Below are positions 10,806 through 19,982 of a DNA stretch of 64,000 nucleotides, piece by piece (the first letter of the stretch is position 1; each line of letters starts with the position of its first letter). The DNA is from Muribaculaceae bacterium. Its GTDB lineage: Bacteria; Bacteroidota; Bacteroidia; Bacteroidales; Muribaculaceae. The stretch spans positions 2 through 64,001 of the forward strand of contig JAQVCR010000013.1 in the NCBI GenBank assembly GCA_028689665.1, given 5' to 3'. The notes beneath the pieces were generated by a model. That model was given only the letters and a program-made list of their open reading frames with translations, had not been told where the DNA came from and did no database searches. Position numbers and translations under genes: made by a program.

Positions 10806-10849
10806 AAGGAGCTACAAATCCAATTAGACTTGTAGCTCCTTATTTTTTT
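10806..10849 (+). terminator. intrinsic terminator (aaggagctacaa / ttgtagctcctt followed by T-run)
   Basis: A 12-bp stem followed by attttttt, 40 nt after the stop codon. Confidence 0.8.
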
Positions 10850-10890
10850 ACCCATCTGCACAAAGCGACAAATCGCACAGCAACCCCATC

Positions 10891-10970
10891 AGCCATAGTG
10901 CCGTTTAAGCCCTAGGACAGCACATAACCGAGATTTTGCACCCCGAAGTGGGCGCCACCTCGCACACAGC
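10891..10970. repeat. copy B (5'-shortened) of the three-copy intergenic element
   Basis: Its 3' 60 nt are close to identical to copy C, differing at a handful of positions by eye. It lies between two terminators of convergent genes. Confidence 0.8.
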
Positions 10971-11004
10971 CTCAAAAAAAAGAAGATGCGTCAAAACTAC
11001 TCTT

Positions 11005-11051
11005 AAAAAAATTACCCTCGCTACGACTATCTGCAGCGAAGGTAATTTTTA
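11005..11051. terminator. bidirectional hairpin (aaaaattaccctcgc ... gcgaaggtaattttt) downstream of GHL10 gene
   Basis: The stem has one mismatch and is flanked by an A-run on one side and a T-run on the other. Confidence 0.6.
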
Positions 11052-11105
11052 ATTTATAAAGGCTTTTATACGCAATTCAATATCATCAAACAGAATATTA
11101 TTCTA

Positions 11106-12599
11106 TCACAATTCACATTCCAGTTTCACACCGTTCATACTCTCGTTGTTAGCACGGTCGATAGCCGTAACTACAAAAGTTTTATCGCCCTTCAGTCCAC
11201 TAGGTATTACAAACAATGGCACATAACTCACACCAATAATGGCACGTGAATCATCAAGACTAATTTTGCTACCCTTATCGAAGCAATAAATTGCAAATGA
11301 ATGTTGCTCTTGCAAAGCATCGACAGTATTCACTTTCGTCCACGATAATATCGACTTATCATCTTGCTTAACAAGCTTGAGATCTTGCACCATGGCAGGC
11401 GCAACCGAATCGATCCACGGATACGACGGAACAAGCGCAATTGTAGATTGCTGATTAGCAGCAAGCGAATCGGCTACATTCTTAAAATTTCTTGTAATTG
11501 AATATGCAGGCCACCAACAATTTCCCTGAATATCAGGCAACTCACGTGTAAGATTAATCTTGTGCGCAAGCTGATTAGCATCGGTCGACGGAGCAAGGTC
11601 GGGTTTATCCATCGTCTTCATCACATCTTGACCAATATACATGTGTCGCCTGTTAGCATTATCATTCCACCACTTAACCAGCGTCAACGACGATGCACGA
11701 GGATGCTCAAGCTCCCAATAAAGCTGAGGAAGCATATAATCTACCCACCCCTTCTCAGTCCAAAGAATCACATTCGCATAAAGATCATCATAATTTGTAA
11801 GAGCATTCGTATCACTGCCCTTCGGGTCTGATTTCTGATTACGCCACACTCCAAACGGACTAATTCCAAGTCTTACCCACGGCTTAATTGCCATTATCGA
11901 CTTATGAAGCCCCTCGATAAGCTGATCGACATTATTACGTCGCCAATCGCCTATCTCCATACCATTACCATACTTTTTATACGATGCCTTGTCGGGAAAA
12001 TCCTCACCTTTAGCCGGATAAGGATAGAAATAATCGTCCATGTGGATAGCATCGACATCGTAACGCAAAATAATATCCTCTACAACTTGCTCGATAAACT
12101 TACGATTCTCCGGAAGTCCCGGATCGAAATACATCTTGCCATCATACATCACAAAACGCTTAGGCTCTTTGTGATACAAATGATTTGCAGGCAACTTCTC
12201 ATTCTTTGAACACGTTACACGATAAGGATTCAGCCACGCATGAAGCTCCATGCCGCGTGCATGCGACTCCTCAATCATAAACTGCAAAGGATCCCACATA
12301 GGACTCGGTGCAACACCCGCTTTCCCGGTAAGATGTCGGCTCCACGGCTCCAACTCCGAAGGATAAAGCGCATCGGCTTGAGGACGCACCTGAAACACAA
12401 CAGCATTAACACCCGCCGCCTTAAGTTTATCCAACTGGTCGCGAAGATAAGCCTTATTCTCAGCCGTCGACTGCTTAGCATATTGCCCCTGAAAGACAGT
12501 ATGCATCCATGCCCCACGAAATTCGTGCTTAGGATTCTCTGCAATTGCGCCAACACTCACAGCGGCAAAAGCCAAAAATGTCAAAATAATTTTTCTCAT
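11106..12599 (-). CDS. glycoside hydrolase-like 10 (GHL10/DUF187) family protein, secreted
   Basis: The start is moved to MRKIILTFLAFAAVSVGAIA (ATG at 12599). The 39 upstream codons are translation of the tandem repeat. Carries the motif EFRGAWMHTV...VVFQVRP. Confidence 0.7.
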   Translation of the reverse strand: MRKIILTFLAFAAVSVGAIAENPKHEFRGAWMHTVFQGQYAKQSTAENKAYLRDQLDKLKAAGVNAVVFQVRPQADALYPSELEPWSRHLTGKAGVAPSPMWDPLQFMIEESHARGMELHAWLNPYRVTCSKNEKLPANHLYHKEPKRFVMYDGKMYFDPGLPENRKFIEQVVEDIILRYDVDAIHMDDYFYPYPAKGEDFPDKASYKKYGNGMEIGDWRRNNVDQLIEGLHKSIMAIKPWVRLGISPFGVWRNQKSDPKGSDTNALTNYDDLYANVILWTEKGWVDYMLPQLYWELEHPRASSLTLVKWWNDNANRRHMYIGQDVMKTMDKPDLAPSTDANQLAHKINLTRELPDIQGNCWWPAYSITRNFKNVADSLAANQQSTIALVPSYPWIDSVAPAMVQDLKLVKQDDKSILSWTKVNTVDALQEQHSFAIYCFDKGSKISLDDSRAIIGVSYVPLFVIPSGLKGDKTFVVTAIDRANNESMNGVKLECEL

Positions 12600-12630
12600 T
12601 AGATTTATAATAATAGTTGTTCGTTCAAAT

Positions 12631-12910
12631 AGCATCTGCATTACATCTGCAATACATCTGCAATACATCTGCAATACATCTGCATAGCATCTGCATAGCA
12701 TCTGCGAAAATAACAATTAATAGCCATTCACAATAAAGCATCTGCATAGCATCTGCATTACATCTGCGAAAATAACAATTAATAGCCATTCACAATAAAG
12801 CATCTGCATTACATCTGCATTACATCTGCATTACATCTGCGAAAATAACAATTAATAGCCATTCACAATAAAGCATCTGCATAGCATCTGCGAAAATAAC
12901 AATTAATAGC
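12631..12910. repeat. higher-order tandem array: runs of 11-nt units catctgca(tta/ata/tag) separated by a constant 33-nt block
   Basis: There are four blocks holding 6, 2, 3 and 1 full 11-mers. Each block ends in catctgc followed by gaaaataacaattaatagccattcacaataaag. Counted directly from the sequence. Confidence 0.95.
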
Positions 12911-12964
12911 ACAACTACCAAATCAAAAATTCACACGAATAGACATCACCACACCATTCCGCTA

Positions 12965-13146
12965 TCTAAATTCTAAATTCCACATCCTACATTCCACATC
13001 CTACATTCTACAATCCACATTCTAAATTCCACATTATAAACTCAACATTCTAAACTCCACATTCTAAATTCTACATTCTAAATTCTAAACTCCACATTCT
13101 AAATTCTACATTCTAAATTCTAAACTCTACATTCTACATTCTACAA
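12965..13146. repeat. 26 perfectly phased heptanucleotide repeats (tctaaat/tctacat/tccacat/tctaaac variants), G-free
   Basis: 182 nt equals 26 x 7 with no indel. There is no G on the plus strand between 12962 and 13147. A 35-nt super-unit is repeated twice (13056-13090 and 13091-13125). Confidence 0.95.
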
Positions 13147-13250
13147 AGCCACAGCGTGGCAACACCCTCCATAGCCTAGGACTTTTAAGCCCTAGGACAG
13201 CACAGAACCGTGATTTTGCACACCGAAGCGGGTGCCACCTCGCCCACAGC
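13147..13250. repeat. copy C of the three-copy intergenic element
   Basis: See copy A. It contains small hairpins gccac-agc-gtggc and cctagg-N10-cctagg. Confidence 0.8.
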
Positions 13251-13332
13251 AACAAGCACGCCAGAAAACATACAAAATTAAATAATCAGCACAAAAAAGG
13301 CATAAACAAATTGCGAATTCCCAAAAATTAGC

Positions 13333-13340
13333 TACCTTTG
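13333..13340 (+). promoter_or_regulatory. -7 box TACCTTTG; candidate promoter of the polysaccharide operon with ~600-nt leader
   Basis: Matches TAnnTTTG, with a partial -33-like aTTG 19 nt upstream. I saw no other match between it and the ATG at 13946. Confidence 0.45.
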
Positions 13341-13489
13341 CAATTAATAAAAAATACATATTTCTGTGATAGAGATAAGTAAAAAAGACGAAGGGCAAGA
13401 CAATAATCGAAAAACCACTAACACACAGCAAGTTACAACTAGCCGTGTCCCCCTCTAGTCCCAACAAAGTCCCAAAAACCTCTACACAA

Positions 13490-13779
13490 AAAGCCCCCAA
13501 AGCCCCAAAAGGACAAGCAAAGCAAGCCCCCAAAAAGGCAAAAAGCCCAAAAGCAACCCCCAAAAAGGACAAGCAAAGCAAGCCCCCAAAAAGCAAAAAG
13601 CCCAAAAGCAACCCCCAAAAAGGACAAGCAAAGCAAGCCCACAAAAAGCAAAAAGCCCAAAAGCAACCCCCAAAAAGGACAAGCAAAGCAAGCCCCCAAA
13701 AGGCAAAAAGCCCAAAAGCAACCCCCAAAAAGGACAAGCAAAGCAAGCCCCCAAAAGGCAAAAAGCCCAAAAGCAACAA
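13490..13779. repeat. five tandem 55-56-nt A/C-rich units inside a 298-nt T-free tract
   Basis: The marker ggacaagcaaagcaagccc recurs at 13511, 13567, 13622, 13677 and 13732. There is no T on the plus strand from 13484 to 13781. Confidence 0.95.
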
Positions 13780-13945
13780 GATAAATCAGGATAAATAAAG
13801 ATAGAAACGTTGCAACAAAAACAGCAACGCACAACCCCGCCACGCCCAAGCTCAACAAAATTGTAGCAAAATCGTAGCACAACTCCTTATGCGCCCAAAA
13901 ACACAGCGCAGGCAACACCAGCAAATAAGAACAATCACAACAATA

Positions 13946-14917
13946 ATGGAAACAGTATTAGTAACCGGCGGAGCAGGCTTCATAGGCTCCAACCTATGCG
14001 AGGAACTCCTCGCCCACAACTACACAGTGAGATGCCTAGACAATTTTTCGACCGGTCATCGCTATAATATCGAGCCTTTTTTAAGCAATCCTAATTTTAC
14101 GCTTATCGAGGGTGATATTCGCGATCTCGACACTTGTCGCAAGGCTGTTGATGGTGTAGATTATATTTTACATGAGGCTGCTCTTGGCTCTGTGCCTCGT
14201 TCGATCAAAGACCCTATTACGACAAATGAAGTTAATATTGGTGGCTTTCTAAACATGATTGTTGCGGCAAGAGATGCTAAGGTGAAACGCTTTGTTTACG
14301 CAGCTTCGTCTTCTACCTATGGCGATTCTAAGTCGCTTCCTAAAGTGGAGGATAAAATTGGTCGTCCTCTGTCGCCTTATGCCATTACAAAATATGTCGA
14401 CGAACTTTATGCCGACGTTTTCGCTCGCACTTATGGAATTGAGTGTATCGGGTTGAGATATTTCAATGTTTTTGGTCGTCGCCAAGATCCAAACGGAGCT
14501 TATGCCGCAGTAATTCCATTGTTTGTAAAGAAATTTATCAGCCATGAATCGCCTACTATTAATGGCGATGGCGAGTATTCTCGCGATTTCACTTATATCG
14601 CCAATGTGGTGCAGATGAATTTGCTCGCAATGACTGCCCCTGCCGGCAGTGAGGCAGTTAATCAAGTGTATAACACTGCTTTTGGCGAGCGTACCACGCT
14701 AAACCAGCTTGTGGGATACTTAAAGGAAAATCTTGCTCAGTTTGATGGCGAGATTGCTAATGTTGAAGTTGTGCATGGACCTAATCGTTTAGGCGATATA
14801 CCTCACAGCTTAGCCTGCATTGATAAAGCAAAAAAACTACTAAGTTATAATCCTAAATATTCTATGCGCGACGGTCTACGTGAGGCTTGTGAGTGGTATT
14901 GGGAAAATCTAAAATAG
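13946..14917 (+). CDS. NAD-dependent nucleotide-sugar 4-epimerase (WbpP/TviC-like)
   Basis: The start is moved to [17 protein letters not shown] (Rossmann GxxGxxG). The protein is SDR-like with a YxxxK motif and is paired with a TviB/WbpO-like dehydrogenase. Confidence 0.75.
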   Translation: METVLVTGGAGFIGSNLCEELLAHNYTVRCLDNFSTGHRYNIEPFLSNPNFTLIEGDIRDLDTCRKAVDGVDYILHEAALGSVPRSIKDPITTNEVNIGGFLNMIVAARDAKVKRFVYAASSSTYGDSKSLPKVEDKIGRPLSPYAITKYVDELYADVFARTYGIECIGLRYFNVFGRRQDPNGAYAAVIPLFVKKFISHESPTINGDGEYSRDFTYIANVVQMNLLAMTAPAGSEAVNQVYNTAFGERTTLNQLVGYLKENLAQFDGEIANVEVVHGPNRLGDIPHSLACIDKAKKLLSYNPKYSMRDGLREACEWYWENLK

Positions 14918-14976
14918 AAAAATCATTATATGGCAAGCCATATATAAATAATAAACACCGAAAGAAAGTAAGAATA

Positions 14977-16245
14977 ATGGAAAAAGAAATTAAAATTGCC
15001 GTTATTGGTTTGGGTTATGTAGGACTTCCTCTTGCACGCCTATTTTCAACAAAATATAAAACTGTTGGCTTCGATATGAACCAACGCCGTGTAGATGCTC
15101 TTATGGCAGGACACGATGCCACACTCGAAGTAAGCGACGAACTGCTTCAAGGTGCTATTGCAAATGGTTTCGTTTGCACCACCGATCTAGATGCAATTCG
15201 CGATTGCAACTTTTATGTAGTCGCAGTGCCTACCCCTGTCGATGAAGATCATAAGCCCGACCTTACTCCTCTATATGGCGCAAGCGAAACTGTGGGCAAA
15301 GTGATAGGTGCAGGCGATATTGTAGTGTATGAATCTACAGTTTATCCGGGCGTTACCGAAGACGAATGCCTTCCTGTTGTAGAGAAATTTTCCGGACTCA
15401 AATTTAATAAAGACTTTTTTGCCGGCTATTCACCCGAGCGCATCAATCCCGGCGACAAAGTGCATACAGTAGAGCATATTAAGAAAATCACTTCGGGAAG
15501 TACTCCTGAAATCGGGAAGATTGTAAACGAAGTGTATTCATCAGTAATCACTGCAGGAACTCACCTAGCTCCAACAATGAAAGTAGCCGAAGCCGCAAAA
15601 GTAATTGAAAACAGTCAACGCGACATAAACATAGCATTCGTAAACGAACTTGCAAAGATTTTCAATCTAATGGGAATCGACACCGAAGCCGTACTCGAAG
15701 CAGCAGGCACAAAATGGAACTTCCTTCCATTCCGACCCGGGCTGGTAGGCGGACACTGTATTGGCGTTGACCCTTACTATCTTGCTCAATGCGCCGAGCG
15801 TTATGGCTATAATCCCGAAATCATACTCGCCGGACGACGAATGAACGACGGAATGGGCGCCTATGTAGCACAGCAAGTAATCAAATTGATGATAAAGAAA
15901 GGCATACAAGTACTAGGCTCGGAGCTTTTGGTTATGGGATTCACGTTCAAAGAGAATTGCCCAGACGTACGTAACACAAAAGTCATCGACATTATTCGCA
16001 AGCTCAACGAGTACGATATAAACATCACGATTTGCGATCATTGGGCAAATCCCGCCATTGCTCACCGTGAGTATGGTGTGAATATTGTCAACGAGTTGCC
16101 ACAGGGGAAACGCTTTGACAGCGTGGTGATGGCAGTGGCTCACCGAGAGTTTGAAAACATAGATATTCAGAGACTTCTCAAGCCAACATCGGTGCTTTAT
16201 GATGTGAAATGGGTGCTAAACGGAGATGTTGATGGAAAGTTGTAA
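14977..16245 (+). CDS. UDP-N-acetyl-hexosamine 6-dehydrogenase (TviB/WbpO-like nucleotide-sugar dehydrogenase)
   Basis: The start is moved to [21 protein letters not shown] catalytic-Cys region [11 protein letters not shown] is present. Confidence 0.75.
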   Translation: MEKEIKIAVIGLGYVGLPLARLFSTKYKTVGFDMNQRRVDALMAGHDATLEVSDELLQGAIANGFVCTTDLDAIRDCNFYVVAVPTPVDEDHKPDLTPLYGASETVGKVIGAGDIVVYESTVYPGVTEDECLPVVEKFSGLKFNKDFFAGYSPERINPGDKVHTVEHIKKITSGSTPEIGKIVNEVYSSVITAGTHLAPTMKVAEAAKVIENSQRDINIAFVNELAKIFNLMGIDTEAVLEAAGTKWNFLPFRPGLVGGHCIGVDPYYLAQCAERYGYNPEIILAGRRMNDGMGAYVAQQVIKLMIKKGIQVLGSELLVMGFTFKENCPDVRNTKVIDIIRKLNEYDINITICDHWANPAIAHREYGVNIVNELPQGKRFDSVVMAVAHREFENIDIQRLLKPTSVLYDVKWVLNGDVDGKL

Positions 16246-17407
16246 TGTAAATAATAAATTAAATATAGCATCTTCAAAGACTTGTACAGGTTGTATGTCT
16301 TGTGTCGATGCTTGTAAATTCGGCGCATTATCTTCTAAGTTTGATAAAAATGGATTTTTAATGCCAAAATTTGATAGTTCAATATGCAACAACTGTCATT
16401 TATGTGAAAAGTCGTGTCCTATTACTAATAAAACATTCGAAAAAATAGAAAAATATGAATCAAAAGCGTATACTTGTTGGTCAAATGACTTAAACTCAAG
16501 AAGACTAAGCGCATCAGGAGGTGCTTTTGCTTGTTTTGCAAAAAAAATAATAGAAGATGGTGGTGTAGTATTCGGTGCTAAAATAGAAAATAGTTATGTC
16601 AAGCATACGTGTATTGATAAAGTAATGGATATACCAATAATTCAAGGATCCAAATATCAACAAGGAAATTTAGAAGGAACATATAAAGAGGTTGAACGGT
16701 ATTTAAAAAGAGGTAAAATTGTCTTGTTCTCAGGAGTTCCGTGTCAAATAGGAGGGTTAAAAGGTTATCTTAGAAATAAAACATACGATAATCTTTATAC
16801 CGTAGATTTAATTTGTTCTGGTTTCCCATCTGCTCTACCTATGAAATTATTTTTGAATGATAATAAAGACATTTCACACATCATCTCTTTTAGAGATAAA
16901 TCTAACGGTTGGAAAAGTCGAAATTATGAATACACTCTAAAAGCTAAAATGAAAGATGGTAGCATAAATAATTACGGGTATAAGAACTTACCAATTCTCT
17001 CTTTTGGTAGTAAATCGACTTGCAGATATTCCTGTGGTAATTGCAAATTTACTGGTTGGAATAGGATTTCAGATATAACAATTGGAGATATGTGGGGCGA
17101 TGTAAATTACAAAGAAGAACATTATAATGGGTTATCATTATGTATCACACACACTTTTAAAGGAGAAAATTTACTGAATAATAGTAATATCACCAGTCAT
17201 AATACAACGTATGATGAAGCTATTAGATGTAACAAACCATTAGTAGATGGTAAAAGATATTTTAAATATAATTTGTTTAGAATTTTTATGGGAATTTTAT
17301 ATAGAAATTTATCATCACAAAAAATAAGCAATATATATTTAGGTAAAGGGTTGCTGGGATTTATGTATAAGGTAAATACAAAGTTAATAGAAATAATAAT
17401 GAGATGA
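16226..17407 (+). CDS. FrhB-like (coenzyme F420 hydrogenase/dehydrogenase beta-subunit family) 4Fe-4S protein
   Basis: Two CxxCxxCxxxC(P) clusters occur at the N-terminus. This family is typically paired with a pyruvyl transferase in polysaccharide loci. Confidence 0.6.
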   Translation: MLMESCNVNNKLNIASSKTCTGCMSCVDACKFGALSSKFDKNGFLMPKFDSSICNNCHLCEKSCPITNKTFEKIEKYESKAYTCWSNDLNSRRLSASGGAFACFAKKIIEDGGVVFGAKIENSYVKHTCIDKVMDIPIIQGSKYQQGNLEGTYKEVERYLKRGKIVLFSGVPCQIGGLKGYLRNKTYDNLYTVDLICSGFPSALPMKLFLNDNKDISHIISFRDKSNGWKSRNYEYTLKAKMKDGSINNYGYKNLPILSFGSKSTCRYSCGNCKFTGWNRISDITIGDMWGDVNYKEEHYNGLSLCITHTFKGENLLNNSNITSHNTTYDEAIRCNKPLVDGKRYFKYNLFRIFMGILYRNLSSQKISNIYLGKGLLGFMYKVNTKLIEIIMR

Positions 17408-18459
17408 AAATAAATTTACTTACAATGCATTACTCTTTAAGCATTGGAGCTACATTACAAACCTATGCAACTTGTCGCATTCTTGAAAAAATGGGGCACG
17501 AAGTTACGATTATTAACTTTAAGGACAAGGTCGAATTAAAAAGAAGAAAAAGTATAAAATATTGGCTTTCAAGTGGAACTACAAAAATTTTGTTCGAATT
17601 ATTCAAACAAAAACATTTTCCAAAAAGGACAAAAGAGATTTTTCATATTGATTATGAAAAATTACCTAAAGCAGATCTATATATATCAGGAAGTGACCAA
17701 ATATGGAATCCTCATATAGTTGATGAAAATCTGCCTGTGTATATGTTCAACTTTATTCCAGATAATATTAAAAGGATCTCCTATGCATCGAGTTTTGGTG
17801 TAAATAAATGGGAACAAGACTCAGAAACGACACAACAAGTTCAAAATTTATTATCCAAATTCTCACATTTGGCCGTAAGAGAAGATACTGGTGTAAAGTT
17901 TTGTACAGATATTTTTAAATTAAATGCAAAACAAGTTTTAGATCCAACATTACTAATAGATGATTATTCAAATTTGATTGGAAATATTAGATTAAAAGAT
18001 GAAATAGTTTGTTTTAAACTATCTTTAAATAATGATTTCTACGATAGTGTTGCATATATAAGAGGGATACTAAAAATAAAAACAGCATTATTACACACTT
18101 TGATACCATCAAGAAAATTTGATAAAAATTACTTCTCTCTATTCGAATCTCCAATAAAATGGATGAGGAGAATTGCTTCTGCAAAATTAGTGATTACTGA
18201 TTCATTCCATGGATTGGCCTTTTCTATTATATTTAAGAAAAATTTTATTGTTCTTGCTGGCGAAAAAAATAAAACAACTCGTTTACTGTCTTTATTGAAT
18301 ACGCTTGGATTGAATGAGAGATATTTTGATTCTTATGAGAGTTTGAGAAAAAACAAAAATATTTTGGTTTCTGACATAGATTATAATAATGTTAATAGTA
18401 TATTAGAAGAAAAGAAAAAGGAATCATTACAATACTTACGTAATTCCATAATAAAATAA
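17404..18459 (+). CDS. polysaccharide pyruvyl transferase
   Basis: Has the SGSDQIWNP motif and an ATGA overlap with the upstream gene. Confidence 0.7.
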   Translation: MKINLLTMHYSLSIGATLQTYATCRILEKMGHEVTIINFKDKVELKRRKSIKYWLSSGTTKILFELFKQKHFPKRTKEIFHIDYEKLPKADLYISGSDQIWNPHIVDENLPVYMFNFIPDNIKRISYASSFGVNKWEQDSETTQQVQNLLSKFSHLAVREDTGVKFCTDIFKLNAKQVLDPTLLIDDYSNLIGNIRLKDEIVCFKLSLNNDFYDSVAYIRGILKIKTALLHTLIPSRKFDKNYFSLFESPIKWMRRIASAKLVITDSFHGLAFSIIFKKNFIVLAGEKNKTTRLLSLLNTLGLNERYFDSYESLRKNKNILVSDIDYNNVNSILEEKKKESLQYLRNSIIK

Positions 18460-18464
18460 ATTTA

Positions 18465-19982
18465 ATGGAATCATCTAACAAGATAGGCAATATTCTAATT
18501 CTTAAGAATACAACTACGTTGTATTTTAGAATGATTTTAGCCTTGTCAATCTCATTATATACATCAAGAATAATATTACAGAATCTCGGCGTTACAGATT
18601 TTGGTATATATAATGTAGTCGGAGGTTTTGTAACAATGTTTGGATTTATAAATGGTGCAATGGTATCATCAACAAGAAGGTATATTACATTCGCCATAGG
18701 AACGAACAATGCTTATGAAATAAAAAAAACTTTTAGTTCTAGTTTTTATATACACTTGGCAATAGGCCTAATTGTATCCGTTTTTGCTTTATTTTGTGGT
18801 GAATGGTTTATTTCAAACAAAATGAATCTACCGCCTGAAAGAATTCATACAGCACATATAGTATTATATTTTTCTATTACAACTATTTTTTCATTATGTG
18901 TAACTGTACCTCACAATGCAATGGTAGTAGCTCATGAAAAGATGGGAACATTTGCTCTAATATCCTTATTCGATGTATTTCTAAAATTAATAATTGCTAT
19001 ATTTTTAAAATATACAGAAAATGACAAATTATTAATATACTCGTTCTTGTTGATGTTAGTGTCAATACTTGTAAGATTAATGTATGTGGTATATTGTCAT
19101 ATAAAGTTTAGTCATATTAATTATAGACTATATAAAGACAAAGTCTTGTATGTGAAAATGATTACGTTTGCAGGGTGGAATTCATTTTCAGCATTATCCG
19201 TATCAGGGTATCAACAGGGAACGAATATGTTACTAAATATATTTTTCTCTCCAGTTATTAATTCTGCCAGGGCAATATCTGTTCAAGTACAAGGGTTATC
19301 ATCTATGTTCATCTCTAATTTTCAACAAGCAGTTGACCCTCAAATAACCAAAAATTACGCTGGTGGAAATATTGAAAGATTTATAAATCTTATATTTATA
19401 AATTCAAGATTGTCTTTCTATCTATTTTTTATTATTGCAATTCCCATTTTTTTTGAAACACATTCGCTATTAAATTTTTGGCTAGGGACATACCCTGAAT
19501 ACACTGTTAGTTTTATTAGATTTTCACTAATAATAAGTATTTTTGATACTATGACCAATGGCTTAACAGTGGCCGTCTTGACTGTCGGGCAAATTAAAAA
19601 ATATCAATTTTTTTCAGGCATAATTCAATTGATGATTCTACCAAGTTCTTATATGATGTTAAAATTTGGTGGTTCTCCTAATTCCGTTTACATAATAAAT
19701 ATTTTTATTGTTATACTTTTATTTTTATATAGAGTTCGTACTGCTTGTAGAATTATCAATATTAATCAATCTATATACTTAAAACAGATTTTTTTGCCAA
19801 TAATTAAGATATTTATTATAAGTGCAATGTTCTTATATTTTTTTAAGCCTTTATTGAATCATACCAACACTATATTCAATATTATATTCTATATAATCTC
19901 TACAATTATAATAATATATATTGTAGGACTTAATAAACAAGAAAGAAAAACTATTGTAACTAAAATAAAACAACTTATATGA
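18465..19982 (+). CDS. wzx: oligosaccharide flippase (Wzx / MOP superfamily)
   Basis: A polytopic membrane protein of about 500 aa in a polysaccharide locus. Confidence 0.65.
   Translation: MESSNKIGNILILKNTTTLYFRMILALSISLYTSRIILQNLGVTDFGIYNVVGGFVTMFGFINGAMVSSTRRYITFAIGTNNAYEIKKTFSSSFYIHLAIGLIVSVFALFCGEWFISNKMNLPPERIHTAHIVLYFSITTIFSLCVTVPHNAMVVAHEKMGTFALISLFDVFLKLIIAIFLKYTENDKLLIYSFLLMLVSILVRLMYVVYCHIKFSHINYRLYKDKVLYVKMITFAGWNSFSALSVSGYQQGTNMLLNIFFSPVINSARAISVQVQGLSSMFISNFQQAVDPQITKNYAGGNIERFINLIFINSRLSFYLFFIIAIPIFFETHSLLNFWLGTYPEYTVSFIRFSLIISIFDTMTNGLTVAVLTVGQIKKYQFFSGIIQLMILPSSYMMLKFGGSPNSVYIINIFIVILLFLYRVRTACRIININQSIYLKQIFLPIIKIFIISAMFLYFFKPLLNHTNTIFNIIFYIISTIIIIYIVGLNKQERKTIVTKIKQLI

Noticed and set aside
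12600-12716. N-terminal 39-codon extension of the GHL10 ORF (MLFSQMLCRCYADVLQMYCRC...).
   Set aside because: It is a translation of the 11-nt tandem repeat. A canonical signal peptide starts at the internal ATG at 12599.
12631-12910. A repeat-spacer-like appearance that might suggest a CRISPR array.
   Set aside because: The 33-nt 'spacers' are identical to each other, and the 'repeats' are variable-length runs of 11-mers. No cas genes are present in the window.
13250-13445. A possible invertible (fin-like) promoter, as in Bacteroides capsule loci.
   Set aside because: I could not find inverted repeats flanking the -7 box region by eye, and there is no nearby recombinase gene. This is not excluded without a computational inverted-repeat search and read-orientation analysis.
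13192-13924. Four overlapping ORFs (13192-13779 -, 13439-13924 -, 13445-13798 +, 13482-13880 -). One is a K/P-rich product with SPKK-like motifs that superficially resembles histone-H1-like proteins.
   Set aside because: The plus strand has no T from 13484 to 13781. No stop codon (all start with T) can therefore occur in any plus frame, and none (all contain A) in any minus frame. Open frames here are a compositional artefact. The plus ORF needs a GTG start and has no recognisable leader. Ribo-seq would be needed to revive it.
13889-13945. Longer N-termini for the epimerase (13889) and the dehydrogenase (14893).
   Set aside because: Internal ATGs give the canonical Rossmann N-termini ([31 protein letters not shown]). 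The dehydrogenase extension would overlap the upstream gene, and the epimerase extension runs into the A/C-rich leader.
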